Notes: generated by a model from the letters alone, not told the origin. A DNA stretch of 64,000 bases from Lama glama (GCA_028534125.1 CM052817.1:10790001-10854000), one strand, 5' to 3'; shown: positions 25,172 to 38,348, counted from the stretch's first letter. Made by a program: numbers and translations.

Positions 25172-25979
25172 CAAAGTACATATATTGAATATCTACTGTA
25201 TGTAGGACAACTTGCTAAGCACAACTTTGTTATTTGGAGGAGTAATTCTCCACAGGAATACACACTGGGGAGATGCAGCAGAACCATGCTATGTAACTCC
25301 GCCCTCTACACTGAGATGCTTTGGGCGACAGTTCCCTTGTGAACTCTGTAAAGAGCCTCTCTTGTTAATGAGAGAAAGTTATATCCTTCTGGTACGTTGA
25401 GGGGGAAAAATTGAGAACCATCAACCTAGATAAAGTCAGGGCTGAGTTTCTCTCATCAAATATAGTCATCATTTGTTGGAAATAGATGACACCTGTGTAT
25501 TATTACAGTCATACCTGCCAGACATTAAGGAAAAGAATGACAGTGCTCACGAAGTTCCCATGATTTCAGGTCTTGTTTGGCAGCAGATTCACTCAGTCAA
25601 TGCTTTCACACCATGAAAACTCCCAGGTAGACACAGTCTTCCTTTAGCCAATAGATAATTATTCATTCCCCAAAAAACTATAAACTGGGCTTTCAGTAAT
25701 GAATTTGTTCTTGATTCCTTAACATGAATACAGCATCAGGTGTTCATTAGATGCCATTCTCGAAACCAAGCTCAATGGTGAGATTCTTAATCCAAGTGTG
25801 TGTTAGCAGATGACTAAGTTTGGATCCTGGTTCTGCACAAGAATATGAGTAGCTAGCAACCTAAAAAAGTTGGTTAGAATACTCATTCCCTGTATTTTCT
25901 AGCATGCATTGCTAAAATTCACAAAATGCCTTTAACTTTTGGAAAGATCCTTAGTGATGGTCAAAATACTCCCTAGGAT

Positions 25980-26335
25980 AGTCAGTTGTCTGTGTCAACG
26001 TGGCCAGGCTAGTGCCCAGTGGTTTAACCAAACACTGATCTAGATGTTTGCCACAAAGGTACTTCATAAAGATAGTTAACATCTATAATCGAGTGACCTA
26101 AAGTAAAGGAGATACCCTTGATAATGTGGGTAGGCCTTATCCAAATGATTGAAGGCCTTAACCAACTGATTGAAGGCCTGAAGAGAAAAACTAAGGTTTT
26201 CCAGAGGAGAGGAAATTCTACCTCAAGACCAACATCAGCCCCTGCCTGTGATTCCAGCCAGCCAGCCAGCCTGCCGTATAAATCTTGGACTTGTCAGCCC
26301 CAACAATCATTGAAGCCAATTCCTTAAAATAAATA
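25980..26335 (+). mobile_element. MLT2D-like ERVL LTR
   Basis: tgtgtcaacgtggccaggcta...aagtaaaggagatacccttgataatgtgggt...gccaattccttaaaataaat. Confidence 0.85.
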
Positions 26336-26492
26336 TCTGTATCTATATCTATATCTATATCTATATCTATATCTATATCTGTATATATACATAATACATA
26401 GATATATGTGTAATATTGTACATACATATGCATGTAATATGTATGTTATATATGTGTGTGTACATATACATATGTATATGTGTGTAGATATA
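26335..26492. repeat. (ATATCT)n followed by degenerate (TA/TG/CA)n microsatellite
   Basis: Direct reading; source of the DIDIDI translation. Confidence 0.9.
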
Positions 26493-26519
26493 CCCACTTG
26501 GATCCTTTTAACTTTGCTA

Positions 26520-26915
26520 TTTGTCCTTCCCCTGGATTTTGTGTGATTTTACTTCCAATGATCTACATCTGTGACTCTCTTCAGAGGTCCTCCCTTGAGT
26601 TACTGAAGCTCCTTTCTCCACAAGCACAGAAAGCCAAGGAGTTTATATCCTCCCCCATGCATCTTAGCCAATGACTAGCTGGTATGGGAATTGGAAAGTC
26701 CAGCTCCTGCGCCTTAAGTTGGGGCAAATTCTTAAAAGTAATTTATACTCCAAAGTTCCCCATAGGACCGGACTGAGGCTGGGACTTTGCCTGAAATAGT
26801 ATCCTTGCTTGATTTCATGCCACTTCCTTCCCTGCTTCTCCACTGCCTTCCTAGTATCTTCTAGAAATGCTTCCTTATCTCAGGGCTTGATTTCTGGCAA
26901 ACTCAGCCTAGGACA
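26520..26915 (+). mobile_element. LTR16-type ERVL LTR
   Basis: cttagccaatgact...ccagctcc...ggactttgcctgaaat...tctcagggcttgatttctggcaaactcagcctaggaca. Confidence 0.7.
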
Positions 26916-28239
26916 CCCTTTACATCCTCCTTTGTCTGTGATCCAGATTCTTACCCTAGCTGTGTTAGCTTGGGAGACCCTGAAGAGATGACTTGCCTCT
27001 AATTCAGCAGCCTCTTCAATGAGGGGGGAAATTTTTACTTAGTTCTGGTCCCATGAGTAGGATCCAGATGGATCTGATGAAATATTAAATACAGAATGCA
27101 AAAGCAAAAGTAGGATTTTAGAATGACACATTCATAGCATGCTTTCATAGCATGTCAGAATTGGAAAAAAAACCCTCAAGATATTTAACACAAAGTTCTA
27201 CCTACTCATGAGTTCTTTTCAGCCTGTCTGGGAAGGGTCACGCAGATCCTTTTTGGATACTCTCTACTTGTTAAAGCACTATGTGTCAATGTTGAACACT
27301 TTTGTTAGAAAGTTTCATCTTTCATTGCCCTGAAAAGTCCCTCTATCCTCTTATGAACTCTACCAGCTTAAAATCAGAAGACTTTGCTGTTTATAAGAAC
27401 TACATCACAGGAGGAAGGAACCCAGTGGTCCCTTGGACCAGGCTCTCGGCAGCATGATTCCTTAATGCAAAATTTTACAAATTTTCTTTCATACCTGAGT
27501 TTAATACAAGACCTCTCCCATGTTCATCTGTTTTGTGTAGGGGAAGAGAAGCCTCAAGTCACAAAGTGAGGGAGATGAGACATTTCAATGCTCAGCAAGG
27601 CAGAGACTTGGAGCTTTAAGTCAGCAAGCTTCAAAAAGGCAACTTGTAAGGAGGCTGATGGCATATTTGAGAAGATCACAATCTATCCAGTAAAACACTG
27701 AACATCTACAGAAGCATTTACAGTATTTGTGCAACTAAGATGCTCAAGATCTGTACAGAATCACAGTAAATATCCAGAGGAGGTGAACAGCAAGTGTCTC
27801 TTTGTTAGATGAAGATTGAACTTCTAGAAAACAAAGACACAAAACCTCGTGTTTATGTGGAGACTGGTTTCCACATGAAAACAAGTAGGTGCGATTCCCC
27901 GTGTGTTCCCCTGACCAGCTCGTAAACACTGGCGTTGAGTCCGGGCCTCAGGCTCTCTCTGCCAGACGGACCCCTTCAGCTGCTTTAATCAGTCTCTGAA
28001 AGACAGCCTGAGGCCCACCGCACTCCGCCCACCCTCTCAGTCTGCCTTCCCTTCGGTCCGGGGACTCCCCATCCTCCTCCTGTCTGGGCTTATCTCTACA
28101 TCTTGCTGTCCTTCAAACTCTCTTCCTTATTGAGGGCTGGAGCTGCAGTGAGTGACTGCCAGATTCAATGTCCACACTCAGTTCTAAAGGCCGACGTGAT
28201 TTGCCCCCAATGTTCTGCCCTCAGCAGCTCTCGCTCCCT

Positions 28240-28640
28240 CCCTAGATCCCCCACTTCCAGCCTCACTGGTCTCCTTGCTGTTCTTCAAATACACCAGGCG
28301 AGTCATGCCTCAGGGCTTTTGTATTCACTTTTGCTTCTGTCTGGAAACATCTGCCCCTTAGATTTTCACAGCTTCCTTTTGCACACATGTTGCATTACTA
28401 GACAGACTGTCCTATTTCCTGACTTTGCTCTATTTTACTTAATGGTGCTTATCACCTCTGTATATGCTTATAAAGTATATATGCTTATTTGCTTACTATT
28501 TTTCTCCCTCTACCAGAAGGTCATCACCAGAAAAGCAGGGAATTTGTCTCTTTTGTTTTTGGCTACCACTTGAGAATTTAAACTATGCCTAGTATAGAGT
28601 GTAACTACTTGATAAATACCTACTTAATAAAATAAATAAA
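28240..28640 (+). mobile_element. L2 LINE 3' end
   Basis: actggtctccttgctgttcttcaaatacacc...gcctcagggctttt...gcagggaatttgtct. Confidence 0.75.
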
Positions 28641-30485
28641 TTTCTGTGTTACTAAAATTCATATCTTAGGTTGTTTCTTCTTTGCAATTTTTTTTTTTTT
28701 GCAAAAGTTACACAATACTCCTGCATCTCTGCCCCAACTCATGGAGCTTTTCTCTCCAAAAGCAAACAATATAATGATTTTCTTATGTAGCATACGAGGG
28801 ACATTTTTTGCATACATGGGAACATATACATGAATATATGTATCTTATAATTTTACACAAATGTTGGCTTATTGTGCATAGTATTTTGCTAACTGAACAA
28901 TATAACATGGAATTATTCCATATCAGATGAATGAAAATACTTTTTTGTTTAAAAAATATTTACGTGGTCTTACAATGAAAGGATGTACCATTACTGACTT
29001 AATGAGTCCCCTATTGATAGACATGTTTCTATTATATGTTTTCTTTGCATATTCATTACTTTGATGATTTTCAGGTATTGAATTGGAACAGGTAAAACTG
29101 CAGATAGTGAACAATTTTTGGTCTACCTGAACAACAGTGTCATTTGATTCAACCTGATTTGCATTAAAAGGATAAATTTCTAGGCATGAAATTCCTGGAT
29201 TAAAGGAAATGGACATTTGTAAAATGAATCAGTATTGCCAAACTGCCCTCCAAGGAAAATGCACGATTGTGCTCCCAGTGTGAGAGAATTCCTATTCCTC
29301 TTTCCTCCCTGCCAGCACAGAAAGTTACTAAATGTTCCTAACTTTATCAGTGTGATAGGTAGAAAATGGTACCTTGCAGATTTAATTTGTGTTTCTTTTA
29401 TTGTTTGTCTGAACACTTTTTTACATTTGTATTTCTGATTTTTGTGAACTGTCTATTAAAATCTTCTGCCTTTTTTTTAAGGTTTTTGTCATTTTCTTAT
29501 TGATTTGTAGAGGTTCTCCAAAAAAGAGAGAATCCCTACATTTGCAATATGAGTTGCAAATATTTGCTCCTACTTTGTGGTTTGTCTTTTGATTTTATTT
29601 TTTTCTTTGTGCAATTCTACTTTTACATTTGCGTGGTCAAATTTGTAAGTTTTTTGTATTAGTTTTGTGTTATGGTAAAAAAAATGGCTTTCTCTACACA
29701 AGATTATTTTTAAGAATTCTTCCATATTTTCTTCTAGCGCTTTATGGTTTCAATTTGTATTGCATCTTTTAAAAATACAGAGCTCATTTTTATGTATAAG
29801 TTGTAGTCGATAGCCAGCTATTTATTTCTTTTCAGATGGCTACCCAATTTTCCCAACTCCATTTTTTGAACAACATTTTAATCTCCTTTTCAATATTTTA
29901 AGTTCTCATATGTATATGAGCTTATATTCTGGGATTCCTGATATGTGTCACTATTCTGTCTATAAATAGCAATGTAGCAGTACCACATTGTTTTAAATAG
30001 TGTAGATGTATAATATGTTGGAATACTTGGAAAATCTAGATTTCCCCTTGTTACTCTTTTCCAACATTTTCTTGACTTTACTTGTTTGTTTAATTTCTGT
30101 ATTAATTTTATACTCAATTTATCTAGATTCCACCAAAAATCCTGTTGGAATTAAACTTAATGAGAATTTCTCTATTGCTTCTTCATTAAACATGGTGTTG
30201 ATTTTAAGGGTAAAGTATATTTAAAATATGTATTCATATAGCTATATACCATGTTAAGAAATATTCATCTTTTCTGTTTATTAACGTTTTTATTAAGATG
30301 AGCTTCTAAATTTTATCCAGTGTCTTTTTAGCATCTTTAGAGATGATCATACAATTGTTCTCTTTTGGCCTGTTTCTGTGGTGAATTGCATGGATGGATT
30401 TCCTAACCCGTCAACACTCTGGAATTAAGTGCCACTTACTTCTAGTGCATTATTCTTTCAAGTGCTTCTGGATTCTGTTCATTAT

Positions 30486-30862
30486 TGTCTTAGTCAGCTT
30501 GGCAGCTATAACAAAACTCCAAAGACTGGGTGGCTTAAACAACAGACTTTATTTCTCACAATTCTGGAGACTGTAAAGTCCAAGGAGATCAACATGCTGG
30601 CTGAGTCAGTTCCTGGGGACAGTCCTCTTCCTAACTTGTAGGTAGCTGCCTTCTTGCTGTGTCATCACATGGTGGAGAGAGATACAGAGAGTCTCTTTCT
30701 AGTTTCTCTCCTTACAGGGCACTAATCCCATCCAAAGGCCCCATCCTCATGACCTCATCTGAACCTAATCACCTCCCAAAGGCCCCACCTCTAAATACCA
30801 CCACTTTAGGGGCTAAGATGTCAACATATGAATTTAGGGGAGATATAATTCAGTTCATGGTA
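30486..30862 (-). mobile_element. MLT1A/MLT1A0 MaLR solo LTR
   Basis: gactgggtggcttaaacaacaga...cctaatcacctcccaaaggccccacctctaaatac; perfect 5-bp TSD attat (30481-30485, 30863-30867). Confidence 0.9.
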
Positions 30863-31109
30863 ATTATTAATATATGTAAATTAGTTTGGTCTGCAAGTTA
30901 CTTTTCTCTTTTTCTGTAAGGTTTAGGTTTCAATATTATGCTAAGCTCCTAAAAAGAGAACTTCAAAAACTGCTGTATACTTCTCTGTTCTGGAATAGTT
31001 TAGGTTGGACTGGATTAACCTCTTTCTTACAGGTTTGGTGGAATTACTCTGTGAAATCATCTGAGAAGATTGCTTTTAGGGGATGTAACACTTTGACTAC
31101 ATTCACATG

Positions 31110-32217
31110 CTTAATGTATGCTAATGAGACTTAAGCCTTTTTAAGTCCTTGTGCATGGGACCCAAACAAGTCCCTAGGAAGGCCCTAGAAATTGGTCCAC
31201 ATGGTCATATGTTTTTCAGAAATTTGCAAAGTAAGATGTCTTTAATCATAATTGGCTAAGGCAACTGTCTCTTTCCATGCAAATTTCTATGCCACTCTTC
31301 TGGTTTTGTCAGGTGATGTTGGAGCATCTGCAGACACTTTTGGGAATCTAGCTAAGGGCAACATGGTAGCCTTGGAGATGTGCCACTCAAATCCATCCTT
31401 CATGTGGGGACTCAAATCTCAACTGAAGGGAATGTAGTCAGAAGGTAGTTTCCAGCTGCCATCTTCTTCAGGGACTATCTTGGATGTAAGGAGACTCCTT
31501 ACATTGCTCTAGGTAATGAGTAACATCAATTCAAACAAAATTTAAGATTAAACATTACACAGGAAAATTTAAAATACCTGCAAATACATATCTCATATAT
31601 GAAAGAAACTTTTTTTAACTTTTTTTTATTGAGTTATAGTCAGTTTACAGTGTTGTGTCAATTTCCAGTGTAGAGTACAATTTATCAGTCATACATGAAC
31701 ATACATATATTCATTGTTGCATTCTTTTTCACTGTGAGCTACCACAAGATCAAGTATGAAAGAAACTTAATAGTGGTTTTTCCAAATTTGCCAACAATCC
31801 TGAAATGTTTTAATATTATCAGTAATGAGCTGTGAAGCTGAAAGACACTGAAAGAGACAGTGCTAAAAAACAAATTTTGGAAAAGATTGCTAGAGGAAAT
31901 AAATTGGTTCCTTGCATTCTGTAGAGAATGATGCTCAAAAAGCATTGTTATATAAAGAGATCACAAAGTACATAGCCAAGAACTTTAGAAGAAAATGTAG
32001 TATAGATAAATCAATTAAAATAGTATATTGTTTACCTGAGTTTTATACTATTTGCATTTGAGTTTAGTGTTTGTAACTTTTCCTTTTTTCTTTTTTCATT
32101 TCATATAAACATTCACTTTGCTATTTTTGGTTTGTTCCAGAAACTTGTATCTTTTTTATAAAGTAGGTGACAAAATTGTTTAAGCATTGAGATCCAAAAA
32201 ACCAGAATCCACTTCTG
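31110..32217 (+). mobile_element. Zaphod/MER115-like hAT-Tip100 transposon
   Basis: cacatggtcatatgttttt...aaatttgcaaagtaagat; transposase C-terminal relic gagctgtgaagctgaaaga; end aaaaccagaatccacttctg. Confidence 0.7.
31612..31754 (-). mobile_element. Young camelid-type L1 3' end, 143 bp
   Basis: tttattgagttatagtcagtttacagtgttgtgtcaatttc; perfect 14-bp TSD tatgaaagaaactt (31598-31611, 31755-31768). Confidence 0.9.
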
Positions 32218-34278
32218 TTCTAATGAGTGTGGGTTTGTGTATGTAAACATGTCCATCTACATCTAATGGTATTTTGTCTTTTTGATTTTCTATTTCTTCT
32301 GGGGTCAGTTTTAGTGATCTATGTTTTTCTAGATAATCATTCATTATATTCATTTTATTCAACTTTTCCACTTATTTGCACATTATTTAGCAAACATTCA
32401 TAATATTTATGTCTGTAATAACTTACATCATGATTTAATTTGTGTTTCTTTTTTCTGATTACGTTACCCAGTGGTTTATCTATTTATTGTGCCCCTCCCT
32501 TAAAAACTCAGCTTTACTTTATTAGTTTACCAATTGTTTTTAATTACTTTCTGCTCTTATTTTTGTTTACTGTTTTTTTGCCTAGTATGCCTTTTCTAAT
32601 TCTTTTATTTTCACCCATTCTTTGTTTTAAGTGTCTGTTTTATCAGCATGTAATTGGCTTTTGCTTTGTAATTCAGTTTTTTGTTTTTTAAATTATAGTA
32701 TTTGTCCCAGTTGCAGTTATAGACATGTTAGATGTGTTTAGTTTTAATCATGGCACTATGGCATGCTTTCTTTTTGCATAGATTTTCTTCACTTTTTAAA
32801 AATCTTTCATTCTATAGTATGTGTTGTGTTCCTTTGATCATTTGGAAGGTTTACATATTTCTGTATATAATTTCTTTATAATCACAACAACATAATAGAT
32901 TCAAGCCTATTTTTCCTTAGATAGCATCAATTGAATTTCTATAAGAGTGACAAAATTGATACATGTCCACATCTTTCCATTCTCTGATTTTAGTTGATTA
33001 CATGATTTAGTTGATTATATGATTATATGATTATGTGATTTAATCATCTTTAAATGACATATTTTTACTCCTGGTTATAAAGAATAAGGACATAGGCACA
33101 GTCACACTTCCTTCATTTTTTTTCTCATCCTCTCTCCCAGATATTGTAATTTCCATAGTTTCTACATTGTTATTGTATATTTATACTCAATACTCTGTAT
33201 TCATATTTATTTAGTCTTTATCCTACTATAGTTTCTTTTTATGGATTTCTTTGCTATGGACTAATATCTCTGTTGGCTAAAAATCAGACTCCAGTAATTT
33301 CCTCAAGAAAGGCTCATAGGAACTACATGTTCAAAAATGTTTTTCTGATTTTTTTTTTGTATCTGAGCTAGGTATAAAATTAATGGGTCTTATTTCCTTG
33401 AAGATACCATCATTCTTCCTTCTACTCCACCATCTTGGCTGATCTCCATTCTTATGTTTTGATATCAATTTTTTTTAATCTTACATAGAGGAAATGTACT
33501 GGGACAATGGAATTTCCAGAATCTCAGAAATTAAAGCAACTGAACTGGTCACCAGATCTCCAAATAGTTTGACATCTGAAGCACTTTGGTTTCTTTCCCA
33601 GTGATATTCCTTCTATAATCTGGATCCAAACCAAAAGTGAACCTTTCCAATAATATCAACTGATTTGGGTTAACAAAGTTGCATATTCAGTAGCAGTATT
33701 TTTTAATTGTCCATTTTTAACTCCAATTTCCTAACAAATCTATTTCAATAAGGTTCCTCCTCCTGACTTTCAAGGCCTTTATTTTCTGTATTAAAGTTAA
33801 TCGTTCATCACCCCCCTACATAGCTCCTGTGACCCATCCAATTATAAGTCTTTCCTCATATAGTTTGCATGCCCTCCTTCACCCTATTCCAAACCTGCTC
33901 CATGAAATTAGGCATCCCAGATTTAATCTGGTGGCATTGCACTTCATCTGACTCCACGTATCCTGCAACCAAAAGACCCACATGTAGCTGCATACTTTAC
34001 AAAAGTAGAGCCTGGCAGGAATCTTGCACTCTTTTCCCTGATGTGTATCTATTTTGATACCGGTGTTACTCTTTAGGGCTTCTTCAACAGGCTCCTTGGC
34101 TTTCATTTTCCTCCACATCTCCATTGGTTTCTTTGAGTAGCTAAACTGCTGGTTTGCTTTTTCCCTTGAAAGAAGGAAGATGATTTCATTATTTCATGCT
34201 GGAGTGCATTTTCTCTTGTTAAACTGATTAATCTCTCAACCACACCTAGGAAATGGAAAGACAGATGTCCCTGGCATT

Positions 34279-35148
34279 TGTTACTGAATAGCCATATTTC
34301 CTACGTCCTATTCTGTGATTGGAAAAAAAAAAAAAACACTGAAATTGGCAAGAAATAATCTCTCTTTAATCTTGGTATTTTTGTGGATCAAAGATGCTGC
34401 TGCAGAAAGAATTCAGAAACAAGGCACAGAGGTCAAGAAAGCAAAGCAAGGATTTATTGAGGGATAGATAGTATGCTCTTGAGGAAAAAGCAGGCAGACC
34501 CAGGTGGGGAGCTGCTTTGAGTTTCCTTGGCAAGCTGGTTATCTGGGTGTAAAAATGAATGGGCCAAATATTCATTGGCAGGGAGGGGTTTAGGGTCATC
34601 TTTCCTAATCTTCTTCCCAGGTAGGGAGGAGGGATTTTTTTGTCCTTTTTTTTTTTTCTTTGTTTTGTGTGTGTATGTGTGTGTGTGTGTTGAGGGGGAG
34701 GTAATTAGGTTTATGTATTTTTAGGGAAGGCCCTGGGGATTGAACCCAAGTCCTTGTACATGCTCAGCATGCACTCTACCTCCTGAGTTACACCTTCCCC
34801 CCGATTTTTTTTTGTCCTTATTTAGTCTTAATCAATAAGTTGGATAAGGTCATAATGAGCAAAAAGTTAACATTTGTATGGGGGTATCATAAATAAAAGG
34901 TTACATTTGGAAGGAGGTCATAATGATCCAAAGGTTACATCTGGAATGTGGGGATTCCTGTCTTGTCCCACCCTTCTGACTCCAGGACACTTGTCAACTT
35001 TTTGTATGGTTTTTTTAATCAGTCTGGAAGATCCTGTTTCTCTTCGTCTGTCCAAGGACCCCTGTTGTTCACAAGATGTATGGTTTTCTGCCATTTGTCC
35101 CGTGTCTCCCTTTCTCTGTTCATATCTAGTTACCCGCCTGCTCTAGCA
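34279..35148 (-). mobile_element. ERV solo LTR, family not recognised
   Basis: TG...CA termini, TSD gcatt/gcatc; minus-strand CCAAT (34574-34578) and AATAAA (34453-34458); tandem U3 repeats. Confidence 0.7.
34648..34802 (-). mobile_element. Vic-1-type tRNA-Ala-derived SINE nested in the LTR
   Basis: Reverse reads ggggaaggtgtaactcaggaggtagagtgcatgctgagcatg...gggttcaatccccag; TSD ga(t)ngtcctt on both sides. Confidence 0.9.
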
Positions 35149-36339
35149 GCATCATCACTTGCCCATTATGTTTCCTTGGGAATGTGCACGTTCTGAGACT
35201 TGATTGCCTCAGTGGAGCTAATGATTCCTGTCTTATGTGCCCCACAGGTTATCGTTGGGACTGAGTGAATGAAAAAGAGGGAGAGCCATGTTGAAACTTT
35301 GATGGATTGCACAAACAATAGTTCTTATCATATAGGGAAATCCCAATCAAACTTGTGACTCTTATCTATTTGGTTTTTTTCCATCAATTTTTGTTGTTTG
35401 TTCTTTAATACACAGTATATGAACTATTCTTCTAGCAACAAAATCAATGAAGGCAGCTATTTAAAGTTCTATAAATGATGAACTCAGTATATTTCCATTT
35501 TTCTGCATTTGTTTCAATACCATGAAGTGTGATTTAAGAATTATAATCAGCCTCATAGATTTCCATACCATACTTCTAAGTGGTGAGACAGACATTCAAA
35601 GACTGTTGCTGTCCATTTACTTCTTTAATATGTATTTAGTAATGAATTTCCTAGCTGTGGCCTATAAAAAGCTGTGTGTTCTGGCCCTGGAGAGAGTTCT
35701 ACTCAGCCTTGTTGCAGGAAGGCCCAGGAAATGGGAGATCTACTTTGAACTGGTTTCCATCACAAAGTCCCAGTCTTGAACTTTGGCTTCTTTGACTCAG
35801 TAACAGTAACTCTTAATTCATGATAATAATTGTTATTTTAAAAGTTTTTCTGGAGCTATATATTTTAAGATTGTAAGGCCATTTGCATGCTTTAGATTTG
35901 AAATGAATGGCCCATGGCGCCACCTCATAAAACTTTAGATGTAGTTTATTTCCCTTTGTGTATATGTTGGAATCAGCTTATTTTTGGTATAGAAAGCATT
36001 CTTTTTTCTTTCTTTGTTATATTTTAAACTTTTCTGAAATTTCAGCAATCTCTTTATTGATTTTTAGAAAGTAACTATTCATTGCTAATATTAAAAATAC
36101 AAACATGAAGATATTTAATATCTATAATCTTAGTTTATATAATAGATATTGAATTTTTTGTATATGTTCCTCCAAATAAACACACACTTGTGCACATGGA
36201 TTTTTTTTTAATGAAATCTATATTAAATCCTTCACCCAGGACTTTTTAAAAATTTTTTTTTAAATTTTAAAACAAATGTATATTTATTATAGAAAATTTG
36301 GAAAGAAACTTAAGATGTTTTTAGTCATCTATCAGATGA

Positions 36340-37250
36340 CTTGAAGAATGTAAAATAACAAATTATCAAATGAAAGTATACATTTGCAATGTAATTAACT
36401 GACAAATGACTAGAATAAAGAATATTTCAAGAGCTCATAGGTGCATAATAAAAAGACAAAATGTCCAAATGAAAAACTGACTTAAAAAGTATGAATAGTG
36501 ATGAAATAGAAGGAGAAATATAACTGGCTAAAAATAATACAAAGAGACGTTCAACCTTCATGGTAATTGAGAAAACTCAAATCAAGATAAAAATATCATT
36601 TTACACCAAATTAACAATCAATTTGGGGGACAAATTTGTAATAAACAAAAATTTAAAAGTTTGAACAATGCCATATTTTGGAGATCTAGATCAAAGGGAA
36701 CTCCTACACATAGCTGTTAAGAATAAAAACTAGTATAACAACTTTAGAAAGTAATTCGGCATTCTCTTTTAAAGATGACATTTGCATACTCCACCAATCA
36801 GCAATTTCCCTTCTTGCCATATACCCAAGAGATACTTTTATACTTGTGTACCAGGAGGTGTGTGTACGAATGTTTTTAGTAATACTATTCAAAATGGCAA
36901 AAAGTTGGAAATGTTTCGAAAGTTCACTGCCAAGAAAACAGATAAATTTATCTAACATAATCACAAAACACACTTTCATACAGCAGTGAAAATTAATGAG
37001 CTACATCAATGTATTATCTGAATAACCCAATATCATGGTATACTTGGGAGATGCAAATCAGGGTGAGGAAAGGGAACTAGAGCAATAACATACAAAAGTA
37101 AAAGAATAAATAAATAACCATGGTCCATGCATGGACCAAGGATGATAGTGTGGCACAAACCAAAGATTGTAATCAACCCACTTTTATGCACACTGGGAAT
37201 ACACATCAAAAGAGAAATTACTGTGTTTTTTTAATAAAGAATGAAAATTT
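36340..37250 (+). mobile_element. Ancient L1ME ORF2 C-terminus and 3' UTR
   Basis: gacgttcaaccttcatggtaattgagaaa...cagcaatttcccttct...atatacccaagaga. Confidence 0.75.
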
Positions 37251-37789
37251 AACTTTGCTTCACAGTTGACATTTCAAGATCACTTACTAAAGATTCGATC
37301 CAGTCACCCCATGCTTCTTGTCCTGGATTTTTCTGCCTCAATTCTGCCTGCACCCAGATGCTAGTAATTTCCCCTAGTAGTTTCTTACACTGACTGTCTA
37401 CTTTTTTTAACCCCCTTTTTTTCGTATCAAGTTCTTTCTTATTCTTGAAGGTCCAACTCAACATGTTCATCAAAACTTTTCCAATCAAAGTCTACCTTTC
37501 TTAGAACAGATGCATAAATGTAATAGAAATAAGAGACACAGAGATATTCTAGAAAGAGCACAAGAATCAAATAAACATGACATTTGGTTGACACATATGC
37601 CCCAGGATCTTGCGCATAGGTTTATTCAAAATTTTAGTCCCTCCTTCTCCACTTCTTTCCTTCCTTTGTATTCCCACAAAATGTTGCTATTAAGCATTCT
37701 TTAAAAAATGCGTCTGAGTTATTTCTATTAAATTTACTAGTATTTTCCAAATTGTATTGGGTTAAGTGTGTGGAAGGCAAGGACCACTC

Positions 37790-37960
37790 TTGTAGCAGAT
37801 GCTTTTGGTGCCTCACCAGATCCAGTGGTTGGGTATGCCCATCCCCCACCCGCTGTCAGCACTGATGCTCCCAGCTCACACCTGCAGTCTTCTCTGGGGG
37901 GTTGCCCTTGGACAATTGTAACTGCCTTGGACTTTATACCTGGCCTACACTTCTAGGACT
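37790..37960 (+). mobile_element. LTR16-like fragment
   Basis: tgtagcagatgct..tggtgcc...ggggttgcccttgg. Confidence 0.45.
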
Positions 37961-38195
37961 CTCCTGGCAATTACAGAACAGGAATCTTTCATGTTTCTGC
38001 CTCAGCTCTCTTTCCATCATTAAGTATGGCAAATACCTCAGCATACCTGTAATTGTCAGGTTCTTGGGACAGCCTATGACATTATTAAATAATTTAAGGG
38101 GAAGTAAAATGGCAGAAAAAGAGAGGTGAGGAGCTCAGAGCAGGCTTCCCCCACTCTCTTAATTTAGGCATCTCACATTTAAAAGCATATCATCT

Positions 38196-38348
38196 GGGGG
38201 AGGGTGTAGCTCAAGTGGGAGAGTGCATGCTTAGCATACACAAGGTCCTGGGTTCAATCCCCAGCACCTCCTCTAAAAGTAAATAAATAAATAGACCTAA
38301 TTACCTGCCTCCCTCCAATAAATAAATAAATAAATAAATAAATAAATA
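38196..38348 (+). mobile_element. Vic-1-type SINE with (AAAT)n tail
   Basis: ggggagggtgtagctcaagtgggagagtgcatgcttagcatacacaaggtcctgggttcaatccccagcacctcc...acctaattacct. Confidence 0.92.

Larger units (their letters stand above)
28690..33410 (-). mobile_element. Ancient L1 (L1ME/HAL1-type), interrupted by MLT1A and Zaphod/MER115
   Basis: Long T-rich tract with antisense L1 motifs (tattgccaaactgccctcc, tttaatttgtgtttcttt, gagatgatcata, ctccagtaatttcctcaag). Confidence 0.7.

Noticed and set aside
33480..34130. Minus-strand peptides with a faint Gag-like look (TATEYAT, LLERFTFGLDP) and ORF 33879-34124
   Set aside because: Different frames, many stops, no convincing alignment; would need tblastn or Dfam support.
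38196..38275. tRNA-Ala gene (also at 34.7, 40.0 and 60.4 kb)
   Set aside because: Broken stems, SINE tails and TSDs show these are SINEs.
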